Part shown: piece by piece, positions 38,807-49,482 of the stretch
How the letters are laid out: each line of letters begins with the position of its first letter
Numbering within the stretch: the first letter of the stretch is position 1
NCBI GenBank assembly: GCA_964394465.1
Contig: CAYMXS010000004.1
Span: forward strand, 16,905 to 74,771
Direction: 5' to 3'
Length of the DNA: 57,867 nt
DNA from: an uncultured Thermoplasmata archaeon
Lineage (GTDB): Archaea > Thermoplasmatota > Thermoplasmata > Halarchaeoplasmatales > Halarchaeoplasmataceae
Made by a program: the position numbers and the translations under genes
The notes under the pieces: model-generated
Told to the model about the DNA's origin: nothing
What the model saw: the letters and a program-made list of their open reading frames with translations, nothing else
Databases searched by the model: none

Positions 38807-39493
38807 TCAGCCGCTGCTTTCCTGTGAGATGTAGGGCGAAAGGCTCCCAGCTAGTTCCGGCAGGGTCATGCTCTGGATCCAGACTTTACCAGGCCCAGTG
38901 AGGGTGGTCATGAAGAGACCTTCACCGGAGAAAAGTGAGCTCTTGATACCGCCCGTACTCTGGATATCGAACTCTACAGATTTTTCCCAGGCCACTACAT
39001 TACCAGTAGACACCTTCAGGCTTTCATCATGTGATAGCCTTCTCTCGATGACATCGCCTATCACATGTATAAAAGCTGCTCCAGAACCACTGAACTTCTG
39101 GAGCATGAAGCCTTCTCCTCCAAACAGACCACCGCCGAGATCCTTCTGGAACGCTATGTCCAAATCTACTCCTTTCTGGGCACAGAGGAATGAATCCTTC
39201 TGGGCTAGATACTCCTGGTCGGGGGTCACTCTGAGGGATTTTATCCTGCCTGGGGCGTTGCCAGAGAACGCAACTATCCCTTCGTCCCTTTTCACACCGA
39301 ACTGGGTCACGAAGAAACTCTCACCGGTGAACTTCCGCTTCAAACTCTTCATGAAACCACCAGAAGCCTCCGTTTCCATCTCGATGTTCGGTGTCATGTA
39401 AATCATCGAACCGGCTTCCCCATAGACCTCTTCGTCTCCTCTGAGTCTTATCGCTACTACTTCAAGATTGTCTCCATATATTTTATGCTGCAT
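38807..39493 (-). CDS. AIM24 (TIGR00266) family protein
   Basis: EAGSMIYM, TGESFF, QKDSFLCA, FGGEGF, LTGPGKVWIQSM. Confidence 0.9.
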   Translation of the reverse strand: MQHKIYGDNLEVVAIRLRGDEEVYGEAGSMIYMTPNIEMETEASGGFMKSLKRKFTGESFFVTQFGVKRDEGIVAFSGNAPGRIKSLRVTPDQEYLAQKDSFLCAQKGVDLDIAFQKDLGGGLFGGEGFMLQKFSGSGAAFIHVIGDVIERRLSHDESLKVSTGNVVAWEKSVEFDIQSTGGIKSSLFSGEGLFMTTLTGPGKVWIQSMTLPELAGSLSPYISQESSG

Positions 39494-39606
39494 ACGATAA
39501 ACATATTTTTAGTCTTTATATGTCTTTTTTCGATTTTGCAAAGATACGCAAATTGGTAAGAACACATCCGAAAGTATTAAATCATTTATTTTCTCTTTTT
39601 TTTTAT

Positions 39607-40737
39607 ATGAATCCATGGCTGTTCCTGATGATAATCGGCGTGTTCATAGCCATTATATCGATTGTTTGGTATTACTTCGAGAGGACCAAACCGAAGAGAA
39701 TCAGAGCCATCAAAGACGAGAAAAGTATGTCCCCTAAAGACGAGGCCTATAACGCTATCCAGACTACCAAAAGTATAATGAAAGTGTTCAGGAGAAAGGG
39801 TAAGAAAGTCAAAGGCCCCGCTGAGAAGGTGGAAGAAGCTGAAGTAGCTTTGGACTCAGGTAAGTTCTCCAAAGCACAGAATCTAGCTGAGGAAGCTAGG
39901 GACGATCTCAAGGATCTAGCTGGCTCTGAAGGCTCAAGCGGAGTCCAGGCAGTTCAGAGTGAAGACGATAAGAAGGCATACACAGTCGAAGACCTGGACG
40001 ATCTCGAGGAGGATACAGGCATAGAAGAAAGCGAGAAGGCTAAAGAACTGGAGGAGCAAAAGGAAAGGCTTAGAAACTTCCCCGAAAACTATCTAGAATC
40101 CAAATTCGAACTTAGAGTCGCTAGAGAGATGATGGAAGAGGAAGAGGAAGAGGACAACCCGGATGCAGAAGAATATCTGGAAAAGGCCGAAGAGTTTTTC
40201 GAGACTGAGGATTATACCAAAGCTCTGTCTTACAGTGTCAAGTGCAAGAAAGCGATAGACAAAGAGGGCGCAGGATTGATCAAGGCCCAGAGAGTGGATA
40301 GAAAAGCAGATATTCCGGAAGAGATGAAGAAAAAGATAGAAGAGATGCCCGGGTTGAGCCTGGAGCCAAAGGAGGAAAAAGAGGAAACTGAAACAGGAGT
40401 ACAAGGGGTACAGGAAGAGGAAAAAGGTGAAGAAGTGGAAGAGACAGAGAGCGAGAAGAAACCGTCGGGACGTTCTCTACTTGAAGGTAAGAATATCTGC
40501 CCGGACTGTGGATACGAGGGAGAAGAAGACGATAAGTTCTGTCCAAAGTGCGGAACGGAATTGGAGAAACATATGGTCTGTCCTTCATGCGGCAACGAGG
40601 TTAGCGAAGACGACCAGTTCTGTTCAAAGTGCGGTACAAAGATAAAATTAGAGAGCTCCATGAGCAAGTGTCCAGAGTGCGGCGTAGAACTGAGCGTCGA
40701 GGCAAAATTCTGTCCCAACTGCGGCAGTGAACTCTGA
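39607..40737 (+). CDS. Membrane-anchored protein with C-terminal triple zinc ribbon (DZR)
   Basis: N-terminal TM after the likely ATG at 39607; three CPxCG...FCxxCG ribbons. Confidence 0.85.
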   Translation: MNPWLFLMIIGVFIAIISIVWYYFERTKPKRIRAIKDEKSMSPKDEAYNAIQTTKSIMKVFRRKGKKVKGPAEKVEEAEVALDSGKFSKAQNLAEEARDDLKDLAGSEGSSGVQAVQSEDDKKAYTVEDLDDLEEDTGIEESEKAKELEEQKERLRNFPENYLESKFELRVAREMMEEEEEEDNPDAEEYLEKAEEFFETEDYTKALSYSVKCKKAIDKEGAGLIKAQRVDRKADIPEEMKKKIEEMPGLSLEPKEEKEETETGVQGVQEEEKGEEVEETESEKKPSGRSLLEGKNICPDCGYEGEEDDKFCPKCGTELEKHMVCPSCGNEVSEDDQFCSKCGTKIKLESSMSKCPECGVELSVEAKFCPNCGSEL

Positions 40738-40741
40738 GATC

Positions 40742-41545
40742 TCAAACAGGCTTATCGATCATTCCCCTCTCGACCAAAAAATTCGTCAGTTCTGATATCT
40801 GTTCCAGGTCAAGGTTCTCTATCCTCCTGTCCTTGTAGGGCAACCTTTCTAAGTCATCATCTATATCGAAGCCCATCTGGAGCCCGTTTTTGATCTTCTT
40901 CCTGCGGTAGTTGAACAGCTGTTTAACCACCTCAGCATAGGCGTCAGGATACTTCAGATCGAACTCCGGCTCCCTTTTGGACAGTTTAATTACCGTTGCG
41001 TGTACCTTTGGAGGGGGATAGAACCTGTCTCTTTTTATATCGAACAGCCTTTCAACGTCCGCATAGGTAGAGACCATCACGGAAAGTCGAGAGTGATCGG
41101 ACTCTCCAGGTTTCGCCAGCATACGCTCGGCATACTGTTTCTGGTAGGTTAGAACCCCTCTCTTGAAGTCCTTCTCTAAAAGTTTGAAAGTCACTGGCGA
41201 GGATATACTGAAAGGTAGATTGGAGACCACTCTGTCGAACTTAGGCAGTTCTACATCTAGTACGTCCCCTTTGATCATTTCCACACGGTCGCCGTACTCC
41301 CTTTCAAGATGTTCTACCAACCGGCTGTCCTTCTCTATGAGCGTTAACTCACAGGGCTCTTCCACTAGAAATTCGGTGAGGACGCCGGTCCCCGGGCCTA
41401 TCTCGAGGACCTTATCTACGCTCTCTATTCTTGCCCCTTCAACTATCCTTCTAGCTATATCTCTGTCCCAGAGAAAGTGTTGGCCCAAACTCTTTGTCGG
41501 ATCGATCCCGATGGTTCTGAGTTCCTTCTTTATCTCTCGTTTCAT
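40742..41545 (-). CDS. rsmA: 16S rRNA adenine dimethyltransferase
   Basis: KSLGQHFL, VLEIGPGTG, VSNLPFSISSP, FYPPPKV. Confidence 0.95.
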   Translation of the reverse strand: MKREIKKELRTIGIDPTKSLGQHFLWDRDIARRIVEGARIESVDKVLEIGPGTGVLTEFLVEEPCELTLIEKDSRLVEHLEREYGDRVEMIKGDVLDVELPKFDRVVSNLPFSISSPVTFKLLEKDFKRGVLTYQKQYAERMLAKPGESDHSRLSVMVSTYADVERLFDIKRDRFYPPPKVHATVIKLSKREPEFDLKYPDAYAEVVKQLFNYRRKKIKNGLQMGFDIDDDLERLPYKDRRIENLDLEQISELTNFLVERGMIDKPV

Positions 41546-41618
41546 AGATGACGGTAAATATAGTTACAGATGTAAAAGAGAGGCGGTAAAGGAAAGAGGT
41601 TCTTTTTAGTTTAGTACC

Positions 41619-41867
41619 CTAGTCCATGCTGATGTTTTCCATAACGACTACGTCACGGACGGCTTTCATCCCTTCAAAGGGCAGAACCAGGCGGTCCTCT
41701 GCATCAGTGGTAAACAGCTGTGGTTCTATATCCTCTGCTGGAGAGACCAGAACATGCTTGATGTTTCCGTTGTCTGTATTTACCACGAAATTGTCTATCA
41801 TTCCAAGTATCTGCCCGTCATTTGTCATCACGGTCTTTCCGCGCATCTCAGTCACAAACATCCTCAT
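41619..41867 (-). CDS. PRC-barrel domain protein (CdpB-like)
   Basis: MRGKTVMTNDGQILGMIDNFVVNTDNGNI...AVRDVVVM. Confidence 0.85.
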   Translation of the reverse strand: MRMFVTEMRGKTVMTNDGQILGMIDNFVVNTDNGNIKHVLVSPAEDIEPQLFTTDAEDRLVLPFEGMKAVRDVVVMENISMD

Positions 41868-41905
41868 TCTTTTACCTCCAATTTTTAATATATATTATCT
41901 ATCTA

Positions 41906-44113
41906 TTACCGGTATAGGCCAACCCTATTATAATCTTTCTTCTTTTTAACTCCTTTTCCCATCTCTTCTTCCAACTTCTCGTACATCTCTAGAACTTCCT
42001 CATCGACCGAGGGCTCTATATTTTCTAAAGCCTCTCTAAAGTCGTCCATGCCTACCTCACTCTTCTCCTTCTTTATCGCCAGTAAGCCCGCTTCTCTACA
42101 TATGGATTCTATATCCGCACCGACGTAGGACTCCGTCTTTCTAGTAAGGGCATCAAAATCGACGTCTTCAGCTAAAGGTATCTCCTTCGTATGCACTTTG
42201 AATATCTCTTCCCGTTCCGCTGCATCGGGAAGCGAGATGGAAAGGCGCTGATCGAACCTACCGGCCCTTAAAAGAGCGTTGTCTATCCTGTCAGGCCGGT
42301 TCGTAGCGGCTAAAACGATTATATCGTTGGCGGAGCCTAAACTGTCCAAGCTCGTCAAGAGTTGATTTACCACACGATCGGTCACTCCGTCGTTCCCACT
42401 CGAACCTCTCTCCGGAGCAAGTGCATCCAATTCGTCGAAGAAAACGATGGTCGGAGCGGCCTGCTTGGCCTTTTTGAAGACCTCTCTCACCGCCTTTTCG
42501 CTCTCACCGACCCATTTACTCAGCAATTCAGGTCCCTTCACAGAGATGAAGTTCGCGTTGCTCTCATTAGCTATAGCCTTCGCCACCATGGTCTTACCAG
42601 TACCCGGAGGCCCGTACAACAGTATCCCTTTGGGGGGAGATATACCCATATCTTCGAAGGTTTCTGGATCAGCTAAGGATTTCTGAACCGAGTCCTTAAG
42701 CTTCTCCTTTAACTCCTGAAGGCCGCCTATATCCTCCCATGAGACTCTAGGCAGCTCGACTAGGATCTCTCTCAGACTGCTGGGCTCGATCTCTCTTATG
42801 GCGGTGTCAAAATCGCTCTGTCTGACCTCCATCTTCTCCAGTATCTCACCCGAAACGGGTTGATCCAATTCTATCTCAGGAAGATATCTCCTGAGTGCTC
42901 TCATGGCCGCTTCCTTCGCCAAGGACTCCAGGTCTGCTCCTGCGAAGCCGTGTGTCCTCTCGGCCAGCTGGTTAAGGTCTACGTCGTCTGACAACGGCAT
43001 ACCTCTAGTATGGATCTGTATGATCTCCTTCCTGCCCTCTCTGTCCGGGAGGCCTATCTCTATCTCTCTATCGAACCTACCAGGTCTACGCAGAGCCGGG
43101 TCTATGGCCTCAACTCTGTTCGTAGCGGCTATGACGATGGTCTCACCGCGCTGTGTCAGACCGTCCATCAGGGTCAGTAATTGAGCTACAACTCTTCTCT
43201 CAACTTCGCCCTTCACCTCGTCCCTTTTCGGAGCGATAGAGTCCAACTCATCGATGAATATTATTGACGGTGACTGTTCCTTGGCCTCTTCGAACCTCTC
43301 CCTCAACTTCTCCTCGCTCTGACCGTAGTACTTCGACATGATCTCCGGCCCTTGTACTGAAAAGAAATTGGCGCCTGCTTCGTTGGCAACGGCTTTAGCT
43401 ATCCAGGTCTTACCGGTACCTGGAGGCCCGTGAAGTAGAACGCCTTTCGGAGGCTCTATACCTATCCTGTCGAAGAGTTTTGGATGTTTTAGGGGCAGTT
43501 CTATCATCTCCCTAACCCTGGTGAGTTCTTCATCCAGGCCGCCGACGTCTTCATATGTAACGTGGGTAGCGGTTGCTATCTCACCTTCACTCACTGGCTC
43601 CTCCTTGACGAATATTTCCGTACTCTTATCTATCTCAACGGGCATGTCCACCGGGGTCGTAGAGATCACCATGAAGGGGACTCTTCCGCCCATCAGTGCT
43701 ATGCCTGCTACGACTATAACGTCGCCGCTCAGAACCGGTCTCTTCAGAAGTCTTTTCTTCACGTAGGATTGTATCCCTTCACCGAAACTGAGACGGTTAC
43801 CTTCCTCTATCACCGGTGCTATGACGACCTTCTCGGCCGGTTCTACTGAGACCTTCTTGACTTTGACCTTATCACCGATAGATATCTGGGCGTTCTTCCT
43901 GACGAGACCATCTATCCTTATGATGCCCTTACCTTCATCTTTGGATGAGAGACGGAAGACCTTGGCTACCGTTTCTTTATCGCCCTTGATCTTCACTATA
44001 TCTCCCACTTCTACGTCGAGCTTCATGCGTGTCCTAGGACCCAATCTAGCTCTATTTCTACCTATATCGTCCTGAGGCGCTTCCTGTGCTTTCAGTACTA
44101 CGGTCTCTGCCAT
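41906..44113 (-). CDS. cdc48: CDC48/VAT AAA+ ATPase
   Basis: N-domain; two intact AAA modules (GPPGTGKT x2, FIDELD/FFDELD); C-terminal HbYX-type LYR. Confidence 0.96.
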   Translation of the reverse strand: MAETVVLKAQEAPQDDIGRNRARLGPRTRMKLDVEVGDIVKIKGDKETVAKVFRLSSKDEGKGIIRIDGLVRKNAQISIGDKVKVKKVSVEPAEKVVIAPVIEEGNRLSFGEGIQSYVKKRLLKRPVLSGDVIVVAGIALMGGRVPFMVISTTPVDMPVEIDKSTEIFVKEEPVSEGEIATATHVTYEDVGGLDEELTRVREMIELPLKHPKLFDRIGIEPPKGVLLHGPPGTGKTWIAKAVANEAGANFFSVQGPEIMSKYYGQSEEKLRERFEEAKEQSPSIIFIDELDSIAPKRDEVKGEVERRVVAQLLTLMDGLTQRGETIVIAATNRVEAIDPALRRPGRFDREIEIGLPDREGRKEIIQIHTRGMPLSDDVDLNQLAERTHGFAGADLESLAKEAAMRALRRYLPEIELDQPVSGEILEKMEVRQSDFDTAIREIEPSSLREILVELPRVSWEDIGGLQELKEKLKDSVQKSLADPETFEDMGISPPKGILLYGPPGTGKTMVAKAIANESNANFISVKGPELLSKWVGESEKAVREVFKKAKQAAPTIVFFDELDALAPERGSSGNDGVTDRVVNQLLTSLDSLGSANDIIVLAATNRPDRIDNALLRAGRFDQRLSISLPDAAEREEIFKVHTKEIPLAEDVDFDALTRKTESYVGADIESICREAGLLAIKKEKSEVGMDDFREALENIEPSVDEEVLEMYEKLEEEMGKGVKKKKDYNRVGLYR

Positions 44114-44298
44114 CGGTCTCAAACTCGTAGGCTTCTGGGATATAAAATATTTATGGGATTATGGAGTCTAGTTTCTGGTTGATCCGGAGTTTTTAACAGT
44201 ATAACTGACGGTATAGGTGAGCATTTAAATTTATAAAACAAATTGTAAAATTTAGTAAAATATATATACTTTGTTTGGCTTATTTTTTTGAGTTATTT

Positions 44299-44916
44299 AT
44301 GAACGAAAGAGACATTTCACTGGTTGAGGACCTGATGAACGAGATCGAGAGTTTAAAAGATGATGGTTCCAATCTCCTTGTTCTCGACACATCGTTCACC
44401 CAGATCGCAAAAACCAACCTTCTCCTATTAAAGGGACTATTGGATATGGAGCAAAGGGGTGGCTATTTTGTGGTCCTGGATAGGCCCCATCAGTACATGG
44501 CCTATCTACTGCATATGCACGACGTGAGCCAGGACAGGTTATGGTTCATCGATACCGTCACCCATATGTCAGGGCAGAAAAAGGTGGATAAGGAAAACGT
44601 CGACTTCGTTGAGGGGCCCTTCCACATAGAGAACGTATTCGAGGCTTTACAGTCCAAGGAGAGCCAGGGCTCTGATTATTTTAAATCTATGGAGGAGATC
44701 GATTTTATCGTTATCGACAACATCTCCTCGATGCTGAACTATAACAGTCTTGAAAAGATAGACGATTTCATAGGTTCTTTGGACGAGGTTTTAAAGCCCG
44801 TACCCAACACCTTGGGCTGTATAACACTGGATAGTGAATCTAATCCAGATCTTTATGATCTGGTCCTAGACCATTCTGAAAGTGTGATAGATATAGATGA
44901 TCTTAAATCGAGGTAG
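44299..44916 (+). CDS. Hypothetical protein, probable inactive RecA/KaiC-like fold
   Basis: VVLDRP, WFIDTV and FIVIDNISSML resemble the RecA core without a Walker A. Coupled to the KaiC-like gene. Confidence 0.6.
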   Translation: MNERDISLVEDLMNEIESLKDDGSNLLVLDTSFTQIAKTNLLLLKGLLDMEQRGGYFVVLDRPHQYMAYLLHMHDVSQDRLWFIDTVTHMSGQKKVDKENVDFVEGPFHIENVFEALQSKESQGSDYFKSMEEIDFIVIDNISSMLNYNSLEKIDDFIGSLDEVLKPVPNTLGCITLDSESNPDLYDLVLDHSESVIDIDDLKSR

Positions 44917-44918
44917 AT

Positions 44919-45605
44919 ATGATGAACGGAAATTTAAGAAGGATTCCCACCGGAGTTAAAGGTCTCGACGAGATGGTCGCAGGAGGCTTCCCATTTCCTT
45001 CAGTAGTTCTAGTTGCGGGTGGAGCAGGGACCGGTAAGACTACATTCGCTATGGAGTTCCTCACAGAGGGCGCTAAAAACGGCGAGCAGGGGCTTTTCTT
45101 CACCACCTTATCAGAGCCTACACAGTGGATGTTGAGATATGCCAGTCAATTCAGTTTTATCGATAAAGACTACTTTGGAAACGAGATAAAGTATGAAGAT
45201 ATAGGACTGATGCTCCAGAAAGAGAATTCAGAGGAGCTACTTGACTTCATAGATGACAAGATAGCCGAAGTGATGCCCCAGAGAATAGTCATAGACCCAA
45301 TAACGGTCGTAGGTACTTTCTTTGAAGAAGATTACCGGGCCTTTCTTTTTGAACTGACCAACCTTCTAAAGAACTGGCAGGCAGTTACCCTGCTCACCGG
45401 GGAGGTCGGACCGGACGAGCCCTATCCAGCCGAGATAAGCTACGCCGTCGACAGCCTGATATTACTATCCATGCTCGAAGAAGAGGGCTCCCGGAGGAAG
45501 TACCTGGAGGTATTGAAGATGAGAGGTACCGACCATACAACGGGTAGGCAGCCCATAAGTATAACCACGAGTGACGGCATAGTTGTCCTGAAATCAAGGT
45601 TCTAA
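44919..45605 (+). CDS. KaiC/RAD55-like single-domain ATPase
   Basis: IPTGVKGLDEM, GGAGTGKT, RIVIDPIT, LEVLKMRGT. Confidence 0.9.
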   Translation: MMNGNLRRIPTGVKGLDEMVAGGFPFPSVVLVAGGAGTGKTTFAMEFLTEGAKNGEQGLFFTTLSEPTQWMLRYASQFSFIDKDYFGNEIKYEDIGLMLQKENSEELLDFIDDKIAEVMPQRIVIDPITVVGTFFEEDYRAFLFELTNLLKNWQAVTLLTGEVGPDEPYPAEISYAVDSLILLSMLEEEGSRRKYLEVLKMRGTDHTTGRQPISITTSDGIVVLKSRF

Positions 45606-45719
45606 GTATTTTCCGGTACTGACCTATTATGAGCTATTAAAATCTATCAACCATCTTCCAAATTGAAGTGAAAAGTTAAGTTATATATACCGGGTCAAAT
45701 GTCCCACTCTTGTGAAAAG

Positions 45720-46499
45720 ATGATCGATGACGTTAAGGTAACTAACTGTATCTCTAAAAGATATTTCAAGGAGTTTTCCGACCATACAGAGGTGGACGTA
45801 GCGATAGCGGGAGCGGGGCCTGCAGGACTGGTGGCCTCTCGATATCTAGCTGAGATGGGTTATAAAACTGTAGTATTCGAGAGAAAACTATCACCCGGCG
45901 GAGGTATGTGGGGTGGAGGAATGGGTTATCCAGTCATAGTTGTACAGGAGGAATCAAAGGACGAATTGGAAGCCGTGGGCATAGAGACGGAGAGATGCAG
46001 CGAGGGATACTACACGGCGGATTCCATCGAAGGAGTTTCAAAACTGCTCGCTGGAGCCATAGATGCCGGAGCAAGGATATTCAACCTCGTTACGGTCGAG
46101 GACGTACTCTACGAAGAGGAGAAGATAAACGGGTTCGTGATCAATTCCTCCGCTATAGATGAAGCTGGTCTTCACGTCGACCCCTTGACCATAAGGGCCA
46201 AAGCTACACTAGACGCTACAGGACACGACGCCGAGGTATGTAAAGTGGTGGAGAAGAAGGCCGGAGAGCTGGATACGGAGCACGGGATAGTCATAGGAGA
46301 ACGGTCCATGTGGGCTGAGAAAGGAGAGAGGACCGTGGTCGAAAACACTCAGGAGGTCTTCCCCGGTTTGTGGGTTGCTGGGATGTGTGCCAACGCCGTG
46401 ATGGGCGCCCCGAGGATGGGACCTATCTTCGGAGGCATGCTGTTGTCCGGTAAGAAAGCCGCTAACGAGATCGCGGACTATATAGACAGTAAATTATAA
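45720..46499 (+). CDS. thi4: Sulfide-dependent thiazole synthase
   Basis: GAGPAG, GGGMWGGG, LHVDP (His in place of the suicide Cys), DATGHDA, PRMGPIFGGMLLSG. The start could also be 45699. Confidence 0.93.
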   Translation: MIDDVKVTNCISKRYFKEFSDHTEVDVAIAGAGPAGLVASRYLAEMGYKTVVFERKLSPGGGMWGGGMGYPVIVVQEESKDELEAVGIETERCSEGYYTADSIEGVSKLLAGAIDAGARIFNLVTVEDVLYEEEKINGFVINSSAIDEAGLHVDPLTIRAKATLDATGHDAEVCKVVEKKAGELDTEHGIVIGERSMWAEKGERTVVENTQEVFPGLWVAGMCANAVMGAPRMGPIFGGMLLSGKKAANEIADYIDSKL

Positions 46500-46564
46500 G
46501 GCCCCCAAAAGCTAATATAGTAGGTAATCAGACATAGAGGCACATCAGATTTTGGAGAAAAAAG

Positions 46565-47659
46565 ATGTCTAAGGAAACCGATGAAAAAAAGGACGACAAG
46601 AGAGAGGTGTTCAATAAATTCATGAACATGGAATTGCCCAGACGAGTCGTCCTCGGCAGAGACGCCCTGGATAAGATCGGTAAGACCTGCAACGAGTTGA
46701 AACTCAAAAAGTCTGGTCTGATCGTCTGTGACCCCACGACCCGTGAGATAGCCGGAGAACGTATTCAGGGTATATTAAATGAAGAAGATTACAATATTGA
46801 TATAATCGAGATAGACGAGGCAGACCAGGAGACGGTAGAGGAGGTCCAAGAGGCACTTGGTGAGAAGGATGGTTTTACCTTAGGAGTAGGTGGTGGTAAA
46901 CCCATCGATGTGGCAAAATACTCATCTCATCTTTCAGACATACCGTTCATATCGGTTCCAACGGCGTCCTCCCACGACGGTATAGCCTCTGGGAGGGCAT
47001 CCATAGAGAGGAATGGGAACAAGACATCTGTAAAGGCGCATACACCTCTTGCAGTGGTAGCCGACACAGGTATAATCGCGGACAGTCCCCACCGGTTGAT
47101 GGCGGCGGGATGTGGAGACATAGTGGCCAACGCAACGGCAGTGAAAGATTGGAGACTCGCAAAAAGATTGAGGCACGAATCCTTTTCTCATTACGCTGCC
47201 CAGTTATCCGAGATGACCGCGAACATACTTATAGAAAACGCGGACGATATAAAGCCAGGATCCCAGGATAGCGCCTGGCTGGTCGTCAAAGCCCTCGTCA
47301 GTTCAAGCGTGGCCATGAGCATCGCCGGAACTTCCAGACCGGCTAGTGGGAGCGAGCATAAATTCAGTCACACCCTTGACAGTCAGGTGGATAAACCGGC
47401 CCTTCACGGAGAACAGTGTGGTGTCGGGACCATAATAATGATGTACCTGCACGGCGGAGACTGGAAAAAGATAAAAGAGACTTTACAGGCAGTGGGCGCA
47501 CCGACAACGGCGAGAGGACTTGAACTGACTGAAGAGGAGATAATAGATGCATTGGTAGAGGCCCCAAAGATAAGACCAGAGAGGTACACCATATTGGGCA
47601 ATAGGAGGATGAACAGAAAGGCTGCTGAAGAGGCAGCCAAGGAGACCGGTGTGATCTAA
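46565..47659 (+). CDS. egsA: sn-glycerol-1-phosphate dehydrogenase
   Basis: GVGGGKPIDVAK, VPTASSHDGIAS, SRPASGSEHKFSH, LHGEQCG, RPERYTIL. Confidence 0.96.
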   Translation: MSKETDEKKDDKREVFNKFMNMELPRRVVLGRDALDKIGKTCNELKLKKSGLIVCDPTTREIAGERIQGILNEEDYNIDIIEIDEADQETVEEVQEALGEKDGFTLGVGGGKPIDVAKYSSHLSDIPFISVPTASSHDGIASGRASIERNGNKTSVKAHTPLAVVADTGIIADSPHRLMAAGCGDIVANATAVKDWRLAKRLRHESFSHYAAQLSEMTANILIENADDIKPGSQDSAWLVVKALVSSSVAMSIAGTSRPASGSEHKFSHTLDSQVDKPALHGEQCGVGTIIMMYLHGGDWKKIKETLQAVGAPTTARGLELTEEEIIDALVEAPKIRPERYTILGNRRMNRKAAEEAAKETGVI

Positions 47660-47749
47660 GATTTCAAATTAATTACCTATTCATGATTTATGATCAACTA
47701 GATAGAGTAGAGAAACACAAAAAAAGAAAATAGAACGGAGGCGATAGAT

Positions 47750-48175
47750 ATGACGTCGGTCACGTTAATCGGTAAGAAACTAGCAAAAGAAGGTCTAGTC
47801 TTCTCCTTCGGGGGATGTCTTTCGAGGTGCCAGAACTGTGAGTTGAAAAACTCGTGCTGCGGCCTGGAGAAGAACAAGTGGTACAAGGTAGAGAACGTGA
47901 GGGATAAGACCCATCGTTGTAAGGTCCATCACGAGGACGTTGTGGTGGTGGAGGTTTCACAGGTGCCCGTAAAGACGGTAGCCCCAGGTAGGACCGCGGT
48001 AGAAGGATCGGTGATAACCCGGGACGGGATAGACTGTGACAAGCTAAACTGTGAGAACTACCGGATCTGTAATCCACCGGGAGTCGAAGCGGACACCAAG
48101 TACAGCATCGAGAAGGTCGGGAAGAGCATAGACTGTCCAAAGGGGAAAGACCTAAAACTGGTAGAACTGATCTGA
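47750..48175 (+). CDS. UPF0179 family Cys-rich protein
   Basis: VTLIGKKLAKEG, CQNCELKNSC, HRCKVH, CPKG. Confidence 0.85.
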   Translation: MTSVTLIGKKLAKEGLVFSFGGCLSRCQNCELKNSCCGLEKNKWYKVENVRDKTHRCKVHHEDVVVVEVSQVPVKTVAPGRTAVEGSVITRDGIDCDKLNCENYRICNPPGVEADTKYSIEKVGKSIDCPKGKDLKLVELI

Positions 48176-48241
48176 CCTGACTTGTCAACCCGTCAGGCAA
48201 TAAAAACTCTTTGTTTTTTATTTTACTTTGTTTTCTTTTTC
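48176..48241 (+). terminator. Hairpin plus T-tract between convergent genes
   Basis: CCTGAC...GTCAGG at 48176-48197, then T tracts. Confidence 0.5.
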
Positions 48242-48273
48242 TAAGTAACCGAGTTCGAGCTTGAGTTTGATCT

Positions 48274-49422
48274 CTATTTACCCCTTATCCTATCGAACCA
48301 GCTCTTGTTCTTTTCTTTCTCTATATCTTTGAACTTTTTCAGGATCTCTTTCTGCTCCTTGTTCAGTTTTTCCGGGATCTTCACATCGATCTCCACCAGT
48401 TCGTCTCCGTAGCCCGAACGTCTCCTGCGGGACAGGCCTTTGCCCGACAATCGCAATATATCACCGGGTTGAGTCCCTGAAGGTACGTCCATCTCTACTT
48501 CGCCATCAAGGGTAGGTACTTTGATCTTCGTTCCTAGTGCCGCCTCCGTCATGCTGACCGTGGCTCTTGTGTATAGATCGCTGCCCTTCCTCTCGAAGTC
48601 CTTTTCTGGCTTCACTCGGAGTATTATGTAGAGGTCACCTGGAGGTGCTCCTCTCACCCCGGCTTCTCCCTTGCCTCTGACCCTCAAACGGGTGCCGTCT
48701 TGAGCACCCGGCGGTATATCGATGGAAATCGTTTCTGTTTTTTCCACGACTCCTGTACCTCCACAGTTGCCGCACGGGTCTTCAACGATCTCTCCAATGC
48801 CGTCACACTTGGGACAGCTGGAGACCCTTATCAGCTGTTGAAAGCCGCGTTTCTGAGCTCTTTTGATCTGGCCAGAACCGCCACACTCGGGGCATGTTTT
48901 GGTACTTCCCGTTTTACTGCCGCTCCCCCCACATTCCTCGCAGGGGGCCTTTCGGTTCAGTCTTACAGTTTTTTCCGTTCCGTCCCTGATGTCCTTCAAA
49001 TTTACTTCGAAGGCCATCTTGAGGTCGTTGCCCCTTCTTTTTCTTCTAGATGATCTTCCTCTTCTACCGCCGAAGAACTCCGAGAATATGTCCTCGAATC
49101 CTCCGCCACCCCCTCCGAAGAATTCGGAGAATATGTCCTCGACATCTCCTCGATGTGAGAAGTCAGACCAGTCGAAATCTCCCCCGCTGAACTGCTGCTT
49201 TACACCCTGCTTACCGTACCTATCATACCTTTTACGTTTCTCCTCGTCGGCTAAGACTTCATAGGCCTCTGAGATCTCCTTGAACTTCTCCCTAGCTTCG
49301 TCTGGATTCTCTGGATTCTTATCTGGATGATACTTCTTAGCCTTCTCTCTATAGGCCTTTTTGATCTCCTTCTGAGATGCGTCCTTATCGATGCCCAAGA
49401 TGTCGTAATAGTCCTCCGCCAT
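48274..49422 (-). CDS. dnaJ: Chaperone DnaJ
   Basis: J domain with HPD, G/F region, four CxxCxGxG repeats. Confidence 0.97.
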   Translation of the reverse strand: MAEDYYDILGIDKDASQKEIKKAYREKAKKYHPDKNPENPDEAREKFKEISEAYEVLADEEKRKRYDRYGKQGVKQQFSGGDFDWSDFSHRGDVEDIFSEFFGGGGGGFEDIFSEFFGGRRGRSSRRKRRGNDLKMAFEVNLKDIRDGTEKTVRLNRKAPCEECGGSGSKTGSTKTCPECGGSGQIKRAQKRGFQQLIRVSSCPKCDGIGEIVEDPCGNCGGTGVVEKTETISIDIPPGAQDGTRLRVRGKGEAGVRGAPPGDLYIILRVKPEKDFERKGSDLYTRATVSMTEAALGTKIKVPTLDGEVEMDVPSGTQPGDILRLSGKGLSRRRRSGYGDELVEIDVKIPEKLNKEQKEILKKFKDIEKEKNKSWFDRIRGK

Positions 49423-49482
49423 AATGCTTCACGTCTACGTCTAAATCAGATGGAAAGATAAGAGTTAAAGGGTTTTTGGAAC

